Positions 1 to 7,756 of a DNA stretch of 64,000 nt are shown here, piece by piece. Source of the stretch: Acidimicrobiia bacterium (GTDB taxonomy: Bacteria; Actinomycetota; Acidimicrobiia; Spongiisociales; ZC4RG35). The first letter of the stretch is position 1. Each line of letters begins with the position of its first letter. The notes beneath the pieces were generated by a model. The model was given only the letters and a program-made list of their open reading frames with translations. It did not search any database and was not told where the DNA came from. A program made the position numbers and the translations under genes. The DNA lies in the NCBI GenBank assembly GCA_026002975.1, contig BPGJ01000005.1, forward strand, positions 74,693 through 138,692, read 5' to 3'.

Positions 1-744
1 CAGCTCACCGTTCTCGGTTCCTCGGGTTCGTACACCCTGCCCGGACGGCCCGGCTCGGGTCTCCTGATCGAGGCAGGCGGGGTTCGGCTGTGGTGTGACG
101 CCGGACCCGGCACCTTCGAAGTGCTGTGCGACCTGGCCGACCCCGCACAGGTCGACGCGGTGGTGGTCACCCACCGTCACGTCGACCACAGCGTCGACGT
201 GCTCACCGCATTCCACCGCTTCGCCTACGGCAGCCCGCAGAGGAGGGGGGTTCCCTTGCTGGCGCCGGCCGACACCCTCGACCGATTGGCGGGATTCGTG
301 GGAGCGGACACCGGTCATGCCTGGTTCGACGTGTTCGACCCCGAACCGGTCGGAGAGGGAAAGACCTTGGAGCTGGGTGGGGTGGAGATCAGCTTCGGCG
401 ACGCTTTCCATTCGGTTCCGGCGGTGGCGGTCCGGGTGGAACACGGGGGTCGAAGCCTCGCCTACACCGGCGACACGGGGCCGGAGGGAGACTGGATGCG
501 GCTCGCCGACGGTGTCGACCTGTTGGTGGCGGAGGCCACCATGTTGGAGGCGACCGGCGAGACGTTCCCTTACCACATGACGGCGGCGGATGCCGGACGG
601 ATCGCACGGAGCGTGGGGGCCGCAGCCCTGATGGTCACCCACCTTCCGCCCCACATCGACCCCGACGTCGCGGTGCAGGAAGCGGAGTCGACCTTCGACC
701 GCCCGGTCGAGCTGGCGGTTCCCGGTTCGTCCAGGAAGGTGTGA
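1..744 (+). CDS. MBL-fold metallo-hydrolase (N-terminus off the window edge)
   Basis: Frame 1 is open from base 1 (QLTVLGSSGSY...). HxHxDH motif 'THRHVDHS'. Stop at 742-744, directly upstream of rph. Confidence 0.8.
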   Translation, partial: QLTVLGSSGSYTLPGRPGSGLLIEAGGVRLWCDAGPGTFEVLCDLADPAQVDAVVVTHRHVDHSVDVLTAFHRFAYGSPQRRGVPLLAPADTLDRLAGFVGADTGHAWFDVFDPEPVGEGKTLELGGVEISFGDAFHSVPAVAVRVEHGGRSLAYTGDTGPEGDWMRLADGVDLLVAEATMLEATGETFPYHMTAADAGRIARSVGAAALMVTHLPPHIDPDVAVQEAESTFDRPVELAVPGSSRKV

Positions 745-745
745 G

Positions 746-1450
746 GTGGCGCGGGACAGAGCATTCGACGAACTGAGACCCGTCAGGCTCCATCTGGGTT
801 TCACCGACGCCACCCCGGGGTCGGTGCTGATCGAGATGGGGCGCACCCGGGTGTTGTGCACCGCGGCCTTCGACAGCGACGTGCCCCGCTGGTTGCGGGA
901 CACCGGAAGAGGATGGGTGACCGCCGAATACGCCATGCTGCCCGGATCCACTCCCGAGCGCGTCCGGCGGGAGCACTACATGAAGGGGCGGGCTCTCGAG
1001 ATCTCCCGGCTCATAGGGCGGTCGCTGAGAGCGGTGGTAGATCTCGACCGGATGGGAGAACAGGTGATCCGAGTCGACTGCGACGTGTTACAGGCCGACG
1101 GCGGAACCCGAACCGCCGCGGTCACCGGGGGATGGGTGGCGCTGTGGCAGGCATGCCAGTGGGGGATGAAGCAGGGGATCCTCTCGGTCGACCCCATCCG
1201 GGACAAGGTGGCGGCCATCTCGGTGGGGGTGGTGGGAGGTTTGATCCTGTTGGACCTCGACTACGAGGACGACGTCAACGCCGAGGTCGACCTCAACGTG
1301 GTGATGGCGGGAAGCGGTGACCTGGTGGAAGTCCAGGGGACCGCGGAGGGCAAGACCTTCAGTCGCCACCAGCTCGATCAGATGCTCGACCTGGCAGAGG
1401 TCGGGATCCGGGAGTTGGTCGACGCGCAGCGGAGGGCCACGGAAGAGTGA
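746..1450 (+). CDS. rph: ribonuclease PH
   Basis: 234 aa; 'LRPVRLHLGFTDATPGSVLIEMGRTRVLCTA...AEYAMLPGST' is typical RNase PH. GTG start. Confidence 0.93.
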   Translation: MARDRAFDELRPVRLHLGFTDATPGSVLIEMGRTRVLCTAAFDSDVPRWLRDTGRGWVTAEYAMLPGSTPERVRREHYMKGRALEISRLIGRSLRAVVDLDRMGEQVIRVDCDVLQADGGTRTAAVTGGWVALWQACQWGMKQGILSVDPIRDKVAAISVGVVGGLILLDLDYEDDVNAEVDLNVVMAGSGDLVEVQGTAEGKTFSRHQLDQMLDLAEVGIRELVDAQRRATEE

Positions 1451-2061
1451 TGATCCCCAGGTTGGTGGTGGCCTCCAAGAACCCGGACAAGATCGCCGAG
1501 GTCGAGGACATCCTGATGGGCCAGGGCCTGGTGGGCGAGCTGGTTCGCGGGCTGACGTGGGCGGACGTCCCCGAGACCGGTGCCACGCTCGAGGAGAACG
1601 CGCTGCTCAAGGCGAGGGCCGTGTCCCGGGAAACCGGCCTACCCGCGCTGGCCGACGACACCGGGCTCGAGGTGGTGGCGCTCGGGGGGCGACCCGGGGT
1701 GTACAGCGCTCGCTACGCGGGAGAGGATGCGACCTACGCCGACAACGTGTCCAAACTGCTCGCGGAAATGGCCGCGGCCGTCGACCGAAGAGCCCGCTTC
1801 AGGACCGTGGTGGCCCTGGTCGAGCCGAGCGGCGAGACGTGGACTGCCGAAGGCGTCCTGGCGGGAGAGATCACCCGGGAACCCCGCGGGGACGGGGGCT
1901 TCGGCTACGACCCCGTCTTCGAGGTCGAGGGGCGCACCCTGGCCGAGCTCACCCCCGAAGAGAAGAACCGGATCTCCCACCGCGCTCGTGCCCTTCGTGC
2001 CCTGGCCGAACGTCTGTCGAAAGATTCACCGGACGGTGGCGAGCCTTTATCCGAGCGTTAA
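1447..2061 (+). CDS. rdgB: non-canonical purine NTP pyrophosphatase (RdgB/HAM1 family)
   Basis: 204 aa; 'VVASKNPDKIAE...GFGYDPVF...KNRISHRARA'. GTGA overlap with the rph stop; conserved rph-rdgB pair. Confidence 0.9.
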   Translation: MMIPRLVVASKNPDKIAEVEDILMGQGLVGELVRGLTWADVPETGATLEENALLKARAVSRETGLPALADDTGLEVVALGGRPGVYSARYAGEDATYADNVSKLLAEMAAAVDRRARFRTVVALVEPSGETWTAEGVLAGEITREPRGDGGFGYDPVFEVEGRTLAELTPEEKNRISHRARALRALAERLSKDSPDGGEPLSER

Positions 2062-2107
2062 CCCGAGCCCGGTAACTTCGTCGCCAGACGGTTCTCCCCG
2101 TCGCCCA

Positions 2108-2143
2108 GGACCCGGCGGCTTTCCTCCTCCCACCGCCGGGTCC
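2108..2143. terminator. GC-rich stem-loop between convergent rdgB and tRNA-Leu
   Basis: GGACCCGGCGG (2108-2118) pairs perfectly with CCGCCGGGTCC (2133-2143); 14-nt loop; no U-tract. Confidence 0.45.
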
Positions 2144-2146
2144 TCG

Positions 2147-2229
2147 TGCGGGTGAGAGGACTCGAACCTCCACGGGCAGCGCCCACCAGGACCTAAACCT
2201 GGCGCGTCTTCCAGTTCCGCCACACCCGC
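2147..2229 (-). tRNA. tRNA-Leu(TAG)
   Basis: Hand-folded cloverleaf. Acceptor GCGGGTG/CACCCGC, anticodon stem CCAGG/CCTGG with loop TT-TAG-GT, long variable arm, T-loop GGTTCGAGTCC. CCA not encoded. Confidence 0.9.
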
Positions 2230-2238
2230 CTTCACACA

Positions 2239-2266
2239 GACACCCCCGAGAGTTCCCGGGGGTGTC
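2239..2266 (-). other. 10-bp perfect stem-loop between tRNA-Lys and tRNA-Leu
   Basis: GACACCCCCG (2239-2248) / CGGGGGTGTC (2257-2266), 8-nt loop. Possible processing or termination element; function unknown. Confidence 0.35.
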
Positions 2267-2274
2267 GGTGGTGG

Positions 2275-2348
2275 TGGGTCGCGTGGGACTCGAACCCACA
2301 ACCCACGGATTAAGAGTCCGTTGCTCTAGCCAATTGAGCTAGCGACCC
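2275..2348 (-). tRNA. tRNA-Lys(CTT)
   Basis: Acceptor GGGTCGC/GCGACCC, anticodon stem ACGGA/TCCGT with loop CT-CTT-AA, T-loop GGTTCGAGTCC. Confidence 0.92.
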
Positions 2349-2432
2349 GACGCCATGTTAGGCCACCCATCGCGGGTGCGCCCATCGGTGCCGAGGGGAT
2401 GGCGCCGCAGGGATGCAACAATGGGGGTCGTA

Positions 2433-2506
2433 CGGGCCGTGGCGCAGCTTGGTAGCGCGCCTGCTTTGGGAGCAGGAGGTCGCCGGTTCGAGTCCGGCCG
2501 GCCCGA
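2433..2506 (+). tRNA. tRNA-Pro(TGG)
   Basis: Acceptor CGGGCCG/CGGCCCG, anticodon stem CCTGC/GCAGG with loop TT-TGG-GA, T-loop GGTTCGAGTCC. Confidence 0.92.
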
Positions 2507-2507
2507 C

Positions 2508-2678
2508 CTAGAGGCGGCGGAACAAGACTCCGATGATGAGCAGGAAGGCCCCCGCGGTCACCAGCCAGAAGTCGTAGCCTTCCAGCACCGACACCCAGCC
2601 CAGTCGAATGCCGACTCCGGCCACGACGGCGAGGACCGCCAACGTGAAAGTCGAGGTGGTGGGGGGTGTGAGCCGCAT
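2508..2678 (-). CDS. hypothetical small membrane protein (56 aa)
   Basis: 'MRLTPPTTSTFTLAVLAVVAGVGIRLGWVSVLEGYDFWLVTAGAFLLIIGVLFRRL' has two hydrophobic helices. AGGA lies just upstream of the ATG at 2678. The longer track ORF (to 2813) runs antisense through tRNA-Gly and is not credible. Confidence 0.4.
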   Translation of the reverse strand: MRLTPPTTSTFTLAVLAVVAGVGIRLGWVSVLEGYDFWLVTAGAFLLIIGVLFRRL

Positions 2679-2747
2679 GGGTCCTAACGCTAACCGGATC
2701 GGTTTCCGGGGAGGGGGATCGCGGGAGATAGACTTGCGGCCGAGCAG

Positions 2748-2818
2748 GCGGGTGTAGCTCAATGGTAGAGCCCCAGCCTTCCAAGCTGGTGGTGGGGGTT
2801 CGATTCCCCTCACCCGCT
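2748..2818 (+). tRNA. tRNA-Gly(TCC)
   Basis: Acceptor GCGGGTG/CACCCGC, anticodon stem CCAGC/GCTGG with loop CT-TCC-AA, T-loop GGTTCGATTCC. Confidence 0.92.
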
Positions 2819-2859
2819 CGAAGCGGTCTCGCCGTAGACTGCGGCGGCAGGTCTTCCCG

Positions 2860-2932
2860 GCCCCCGTAGCTCAGTGGACAGAGCAGGAGCCTTCTAAGCT
2901 CTTGGTCGGGGGTTCGAATCCTCCCGGGGGCA
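2860..2932 (+). tRNA. tRNA-Arg(TCT)
   Basis: Acceptor GCCCCCG/CGGGGGC, anticodon loop CT-TCT-AA, T-loop GGTTCGAATCC. Confidence 0.92.
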
Positions 2933-2952
2933 CTGGGAGGGGGACCTCCCGT

Positions 2953-3027
2953 GGTGGCCGTAGCTCAGATGGTTAGAGCGCCAGGTTGTGGCCCTGGAGG
3001 TCGGGGGTTCGAGTCCCCTCGGTCACC
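2953..3027 (+). tRNA. tRNA-His(GTG)
   Basis: Encoded G-1 at 2953 opposite discriminator C. Acceptor GTGGCCG/CGGTCAC, anticodon loop TT-GTG-GC. Confidence 0.92.
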
Positions 3028-3032
3028 CCGAA

Positions 3033-3061
3033 ACCCGGGAGGCGAAACACGCCTCCCGGGT
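3033..3061 (+). terminator. stem-loop after the tRNA-Pro..His cluster
   Basis: ACCCGGGAGGCG (3033-3044) / CGCCTCCCGGGT (3050-3061): 12-bp perfect stem, 5-nt loop, no U-tract. Confidence 0.5.
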
Positions 3062-3090
3062 GTCACATGTAGGCCCGACCCAGGAGACCC

Positions 3091-4485
3091 ATGAGTCAGA
3101 CCGTCACGGACGCCGGCCCCTTCGAGAAGCTGGTGTCGTTCCGCATCACCGAGGAGGAGCTCGACCAGGCCAAGACCAGGGCCGCCCGGCGGCTGTCCCG
3201 GGAGCTGAAGATCCGAGGTTTCAGACCCGGGAGAGCGCCACGGCCGATCGTCGAAGCGACGGTGGGATCCGAGACCCTGCGCCGGGAGGCGATCGAGGAG
3301 ATCCTTCCCGAGAAGGTGGCCGAGGTCCTCACCGAGGCCGAACTGGAACCGGCGGTGACCCCCGAGCTGGAGAGGATCGAGGACGCAACCGACGGCGTCG
3401 AGGTGGAAGTCAAGGTCACGCTGTGGCCGACCCTGACCGAGGTGCCGGAGCATCATGGTCGACGGATAGAGGTCGGGTCGCCGGAAGTCACCGACGAGGA
3501 GGTGGACGGGGCCATCGACGGGCTCCGGGAACAGTTCGCCACCCTCACCACGGTCGATCGACCTGCCCGGCTGGGGGACGTGGTGTCGGTGGACGTGTCT
3601 GCCACCGTCGACGGTGTCGAGGTGGAGGAGGCCAAGGCGTCGGAGCTGCTGTACGAGGTGGGCCATGGAGGGTTCATCGAGGGCATCGACGACGTCCTCC
3701 AGGGCATGTCGGCCGGAGAGAGCGCGACTTTCGACTCCCGGCTTCCCGATGGTTTCGGTGAGAAGGCGGGGATGGAGGTCACCTTCCACATAACGGTGAC
3801 CGAGGTGAAAGAGAAGGTGCTCCCCGAACTCACCGACGAGTGGGTCGGGGAGGTGACCGAGTTCGACACCGTCGACGAGTTCCGGGCGGCTCTCCGGCGG
3901 GAGCTCGAGATCGCCAAGAAGCGGAGGCTCGCTGCGACCTTCCGGGAGAGGGCTCTCCAGGAGCTGGTCGACCAGGTCGAGATAGAGCTTCCCGAGGCGT
4001 TGGTGAGGGCCGAGATGCAGGAGATCCTCCACCGCTTCTACCACCGTTTGGAGGAGCGTGGAATCTCGTTGGAGGACTACTTCCGGGTGAGCGGGCTGAG
4101 TTCCGAACAGTTCTCCGAGGACCTGCGGCTCCAGGCCGAGCGTTCGATCCGGACCCGGCTCGTTCTCGAAGCCGTGGCCGACCGGGACGGGATCGAGGTC
4201 GACCAGGCCGAACTCGACCAGGCGATCGAGGCCTTGGCGGCAGCCAGCCGACGCCCCGACGACGTCCGACGCGCCTTGCGGGAGGGTCCCGGGGGAAAGT
4301 CACTGGCCGGTGATATCCTCCGGAACAAGGCGCTGGCCGCCATCGTCGCGGGAGCCATACCCGTCGACGAGCAGGGAAACGAAGTCGATTTGACCATCGA
4401 GGAGGAACCCCCAGTGGTCGAGGCCGAGGTGGTCGAAGCCGAGGCGGGCGTCGTCGAAGCCGAAGTCGTGGCAGAGGAGGAATGA
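3091..4485 (+). CDS. tig: trigger factor
   Basis: 464 aa; N-terminal '[11 protein letters not shown]' signature, acidic C-terminal tail, position upstream of clpP-clpX. Confidence 0.93.
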   Translation: MSQTVTDAGPFEKLVSFRITEEELDQAKTRAARRLSRELKIRGFRPGRAPRPIVEATVGSETLRREAIEEILPEKVAEVLTEAELEPAVTPELERIEDATDGVEVEVKVTLWPTLTEVPEHHGRRIEVGSPEVTDEEVDGAIDGLREQFATLTTVDRPARLGDVVSVDVSATVDGVEVEEAKASELLYEVGHGGFIEGIDDVLQGMSAGESATFDSRLPDGFGEKAGMEVTFHITVTEVKEKVLPELTDEWVGEVTEFDTVDEFRAALRRELEIAKKRRLAATFRERALQELVDQVEIELPEALVRAEMQEILHRFYHRLEERGISLEDYFRVSGLSSEQFSEDLRLQAERSIRTRLVLEAVADRDGIEVDQAELDQAIEALAAASRRPDDVRRALREGPGGKSLAGDILRNKALAAIVAGAIPVDEQGNEVDLTIEEEPPVVEAEVVEAEAGVVEAEVVAEEE

Positions 4486-5105
4486 TGTCCGACGCTTACA
4501 TCCCCGTCCCGTACGTCACGGAGCAGACCAGTAGAGGGGAGAGGACCTACGACATCTACTCCCGGCTGCTGAAGGACCGGATCATCTTCCTCGGGACCCC
4601 GATCGACGACACCGTCGCCAACCTGATCATGGCACAGCTCCTCCACCTGGAGTCGGAGGACCCCGACAAAGACGTTTTCCTCTACATCAACTCGCCGGGC
4701 GGTTCGATAACTTCCCTGTTCGCCATCTACGACACGATGCAGTACATCAAGCCCGATGTGAACACGGTGTGCATGGGGATGGCGGCCTCGGCGGCGGCGG
4801 TGATCCTCGCCGGTGGAGCCCCCGGGAAGCGGTTCGCCCTGCCCCACGCCCGGATCATGCTCCACCAGCCCCACGGAGGCGCCCAGGGTCAGGCCACCGA
4901 CATCGAGATCCAGGCGAAGCTGATCATTCAGATGCGGGAACAGCTCAACCAGATCCTGGCCCACCACACCGGGCAGGACATCGAGAAGGTCACGAGAGAC
5001 ACCGAGCGCGATTTCTGGATGCTCGCCGAGGAGGCCAAGGAGTATGGGATCGTCGACGAGGTGCTAACACGCCGTGAGCTCGCTGCGGTAGCCTCTTCAT
5101 CCTGA
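4482..5105 (+). CDS. clpP: ATP-dependent Clp protease proteolytic subunit
   Basis: 207 aa; '[11 protein letters not shown]...LYINSPGGS...[10 protein letters not shown]...MLHQP'. ATGA overlap with tig. Confidence 0.95.
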   Translation: MMSDAYIPVPYVTEQTSRGERTYDIYSRLLKDRIIFLGTPIDDTVANLIMAQLLHLESEDPDKDVFLYINSPGGSITSLFAIYDTMQYIKPDVNTVCMGMAASAAAVILAGGAPGKRFALPHARIMLHQPHGGAQGQATDIEIQAKLIIQMREQLNQILAHHTGQDIEKVTRDTERDFWMLAEEAKEYGIVDEVLTRRELAAVASSS

Positions 5106-5121
5106 GAGGAGAAGTCCCCGC

Positions 5122-6384
5122 ATGGCCAAGTTCAGCGAGGGCGGCGACCTACTGAAGTGCAGCTTCTGTGGGAAGTCGCAGAGACAGGTCAAGAAGCTGA
5201 TCGCCGGACCCGGCGTCTACATCTGCGACGAATGCATCGAGCTGTGCAACGAGATCATCGAGGAGGAGCTCTCCTCGGGCGGCGAAGCCAGTTTCGGTGA
5301 GCTTCCCAAGCCGGTCGAGATCCACTCCTATCTAGACGACTACGTCGTGGGGCAGGACGCCGCCAAGAAGACCCTGGCCGTCGCGGTGTACAACCACTAC
5401 AAGCGGATCCGGTCCCACCGCCGGGACTCCGACGTGGAGCTGCAGAAGTCGAACATCCTCTTGATCGGCCCCACCGGGTCGGGCAAGACCCTCCTCGCTC
5501 AGACCCTGGCCCGTCAGCTCAACGTGCCTTTCGCCATCGCCGACGCGACGTCCCTCACCGAAGCCGGCTACGTGGGTGAGGACGTCGAGAACATCCTGTT
5601 GAAGCTCATCCAGGCCGCCGACTACGACGTCAAGCGAGCCGAACAGGGGATCATCTACATCGACGAGATCGACAAGATCGCCCGGAAGTCGGAGAACCCG
5701 TCGATCACCCGGGACGTCTCCGGGGAGGGTGTGCAGCAGGCGCTCCTCAAGATCCTCGAGGGGACGGTCGCCTCGGTTCCTCCCCAAGGGGGACGCAAAC
5801 ACCCCCATCAGGAGTTCATCCAGATCGACACCTCCGACATCCTGTTCATCTGCGGAGGAGCGTTCGCCGGGCTCGAGGACATCATCGCCAACCGGATCGG
5901 ACGCAAACAGATCGGCTTCGGCGCCGAGATACGGTCTCGTAAGGATCTCCGACCGGCCGATCTCCTCCGCCAGGTGTTGCCCGAGGACCTCATGAAGTTC
6001 GGGCTGATCCCCGAGTTCGTCGGCCGCCTCCCCGTGATCGCCACCGTCGAGGACCTCGACCGGGACGCCCTGGTGCGGATCCTCACCGAGCCGAAGAACG
6101 CCTTGACCCGCCAGTACGCCCGGATGCTCGAGATCGACGGGGTGGAGCTGGTCTTCACCGACGACGCCTTGGAGGCGATCGCCGATCAGGCGATCAAGCG
6201 GGGCACGGGGGCCAGGGGGCTGAGAGCCATCCTGGAGGAGGTGCTGCTGAACACCATGTTCGATGTTCCGTCCCGTAGCGACATCGGGCGGGTGGTGATC
6301 GACGGCTCGGTGGTGCGTGAGCGGGTCAACCCGACGCTGGTGCCACTGTCGGAGATTCCGGAGCGCAGGGAGAGAACCGCCTGA
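5122..6384 (+). CDS. clpX: ATP-dependent Clp protease ATP-binding subunit ClpX
   Basis: 420 aa; zinc ribbon 'CSFCGKS...CDECIELC', Walker A 'GPTGSGKT', 'IYIDEIDK'. Confidence 0.96.
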   Translation: MAKFSEGGDLLKCSFCGKSQRQVKKLIAGPGVYICDECIELCNEIIEEELSSGGEASFGELPKPVEIHSYLDDYVVGQDAAKKTLAVAVYNHYKRIRSHRRDSDVELQKSNILLIGPTGSGKTLLAQTLARQLNVPFAIADATSLTEAGYVGEDVENILLKLIQAADYDVKRAEQGIIYIDEIDKIARKSENPSITRDVSGEGVQQALLKILEGTVASVPPQGGRKHPHQEFIQIDTSDILFICGGAFAGLEDIIANRIGRKQIGFGAEIRSRKDLRPADLLRQVLPEDLMKFGLIPEFVGRLPVIATVEDLDRDALVRILTEPKNALTRQYARMLEIDGVELVFTDDALEAIADQAIKRGTGARGLRAILEEVLLNTMFDVPSRSDIGRVVIDGSVVRERVNPTLVPLSEIPERRERTA

Positions 6385-6579
6385 GGCGATTCTTGACGCC
6401 GAGGGCGTCCCTGCTATACAGAGTGGTTGAACGACCACGCAGAGTGATTCTGTGGTGGTTGGGGCTAGGGAGGCTGTGACCTTCGACCCGCAAATGCGGT
6501 CACCTATGGGTCGAAGTGAGCCAGTGGTGAGACCGGCCCTCCCCCTGGAACGGCGGGTTACAGGCTAGGGAGGCAATCG

Positions 6580-7683
6580 ATGGAGAATCTGACACGCCGC
6601 AGGACGGCCGGTATCGCCGTTCTGTTTCTGCTCATGTCGGTGGTGCCCTGGTTGGCGCTGCCGGCTGCTGCCGAGCACGTGGAGCCGGTGCTCGTCGAAG
6701 AGACGAGAAACCGGACGTGTTCTGAATTCGCGGGTGAGGGTCAGAGCTGGAACGAGCTGAAGGTCGACCCTCCCAAGAACGGAGAGTTCAACCAGGGTCC
6801 GCTCACGGTGACCATCTCGGGTTTCGATGGAAAGCGGTTCAGCTGGACCTCCAACATCGGTGTCGATGCCGTGTATGTGAAGGCCGGGAGAGCGGGCTCG
6901 TATCTGTACGTGTACGACCCTCCGACCGAATCCACCGGTGACTCCAATCTGACGTCGCCTGGTGAGTCTGGGAACGAGATCAGCCACATCTCGTTCTGCT
7001 ACGACGTAGAGCAGGCGACCACCACGACCACCGAGGCGACTACGACTACGACCGAGGCGACTACGACGACGACGGCGCCGACTACGACTACGACGGAGGC
7101 GACTACGACGACGACGGCGCCGACTACGACTACGACGGAGGCGACTACGACGACGACGGCGCCGACTACGACTACGACCGAGGCGACTACGACGACGACG
7201 GCGCCGACCACTACGACGACGACTGCGCCGACCACTACGACGACGACGGCGCCGACCACTACGACGACGACTGCGCCGACCACTACGACGACGACGACGC
7301 CGACTACGACTACGACCGAGGCGACTACGACTACGACGGAGGCGACTACGACGACGACGGCGCCGACTACGACTACGACGGAGGCGACTACGACGACGAC
7401 GGCGCCGACTACGACGACGACTGAGGCGACCACGACGACGACTGAGGCGACCACCACGACGACCGAGGCGACCACCACGACGACCGAGGCGACCACCACC
7501 ACCGCCCCGTTGGCGGTGGGGGGAATCCAGGTCACCACGACCAGCGAAGGGAGCAGCGAGACCCTCCCCAACACCGGCCCCCGCTTGCCGGCCGGTCACG
7601 TCGCTCTTTCCGGGCTCCTGTTCCTAGCCGGTGGGGTGCTCCTCCTGACGGCGTTCCGACGTCCGGAAGACGCCGACATCTAG
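6580..7683 (+). CDS. LPXTG cell-wall-anchored surface protein with a Thr-rich repeat stalk
   Basis: Signal peptide '[31 protein letters not shown]'. About 115-aa (mature) unassigned domain. About 165 aa of T5-6(EA/AP) heptads. 'LPNTG' + hydrophobic helix + 'RRPEDADI' sortase signal. GGGAGG RBS 6 nt upstream. Confidence 0.85.
   Translation: MENLTRRRTAGIAVLFLLMSVVPWLALPAAAEHVEPVLVEETRNRTCSEFAGEGQSWNELKVDPPKNGEFNQGPLTVTISGFDGKRFSWTSNIGVDAVYVKAGRAGSYLYVYDPPTESTGDSNLTSPGESGNEISHISFCYDVEQATTTTTEATTTTTEATTTTTAPTTTTTEATTTTTAPTTTTTEATTTTTAPTTTTTEATTTTTAPTTTTTTAPTTTTTTAPTTTTTTAPTTTTTTTPTTTTTEATTTTTEATTTTTAPTTTTTEATTTTTAPTTTTTEATTTTTEATTTTTEATTTTTEATTTTAPLAVGGIQVTTTSEGSSETLPNTGPRLPAGHVALSGLLFLAGGVLLLTAFRRPEDADI
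7015..7509 (+). repeat. in-frame tandem repeat, 21-bp (and 24-bp) units, about 22 copies
   Basis: Alternating gaggcgactacgactacgacS (EATTTTT) and gcgccgactacgactacgacg (APTTTTT) units. Central block of gcgccgaccactacgacgacgacK (APTTTTTT) units. Confidence 0.9.
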
Positions 7684-7756
7684 ATCCGCCTTCCGTCACC
7701 CTGAGCCCGACCGTCGAGGGCCCCGGTATCCTCCGGGGCCCTCGAACGCGGAGAGC

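Noticed and set aside
2147-3061. tRNA cluster as an integration hotspot carrying a mobile element or genomic island
   Set aside because: There is no integrase, recombinase or transposase ORF, and no repeated tRNA 3' fragment anywhere in the window. The flanks are conserved housekeeping genes (rdgB, tig).
6395-6409. Rho-independent terminator after clpX (GACGCC-gag-GGCGTC)
   Set aside because: The stem is only 6 bp with a 3-nt loop and no U-tract, too weak to call as a feature.
7015-7509. Possible CRISPR array or non-coding satellite
   Set aside because: The units are contiguous with no spacers, are 21/24 bp (multiples of 3), and stay in frame inside a gene with export and anchoring signals.
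6565-7599. 344-aa Arg/Ser-rich ORF and 191-aa Val-rich ORF on the minus strand
   Set aside because: Both are antisense translations of the Thr-codon (ACN) tandem repeat. The plus-strand frame has a signal peptide, an RBS and an LPXTG signal, so it is the real gene.
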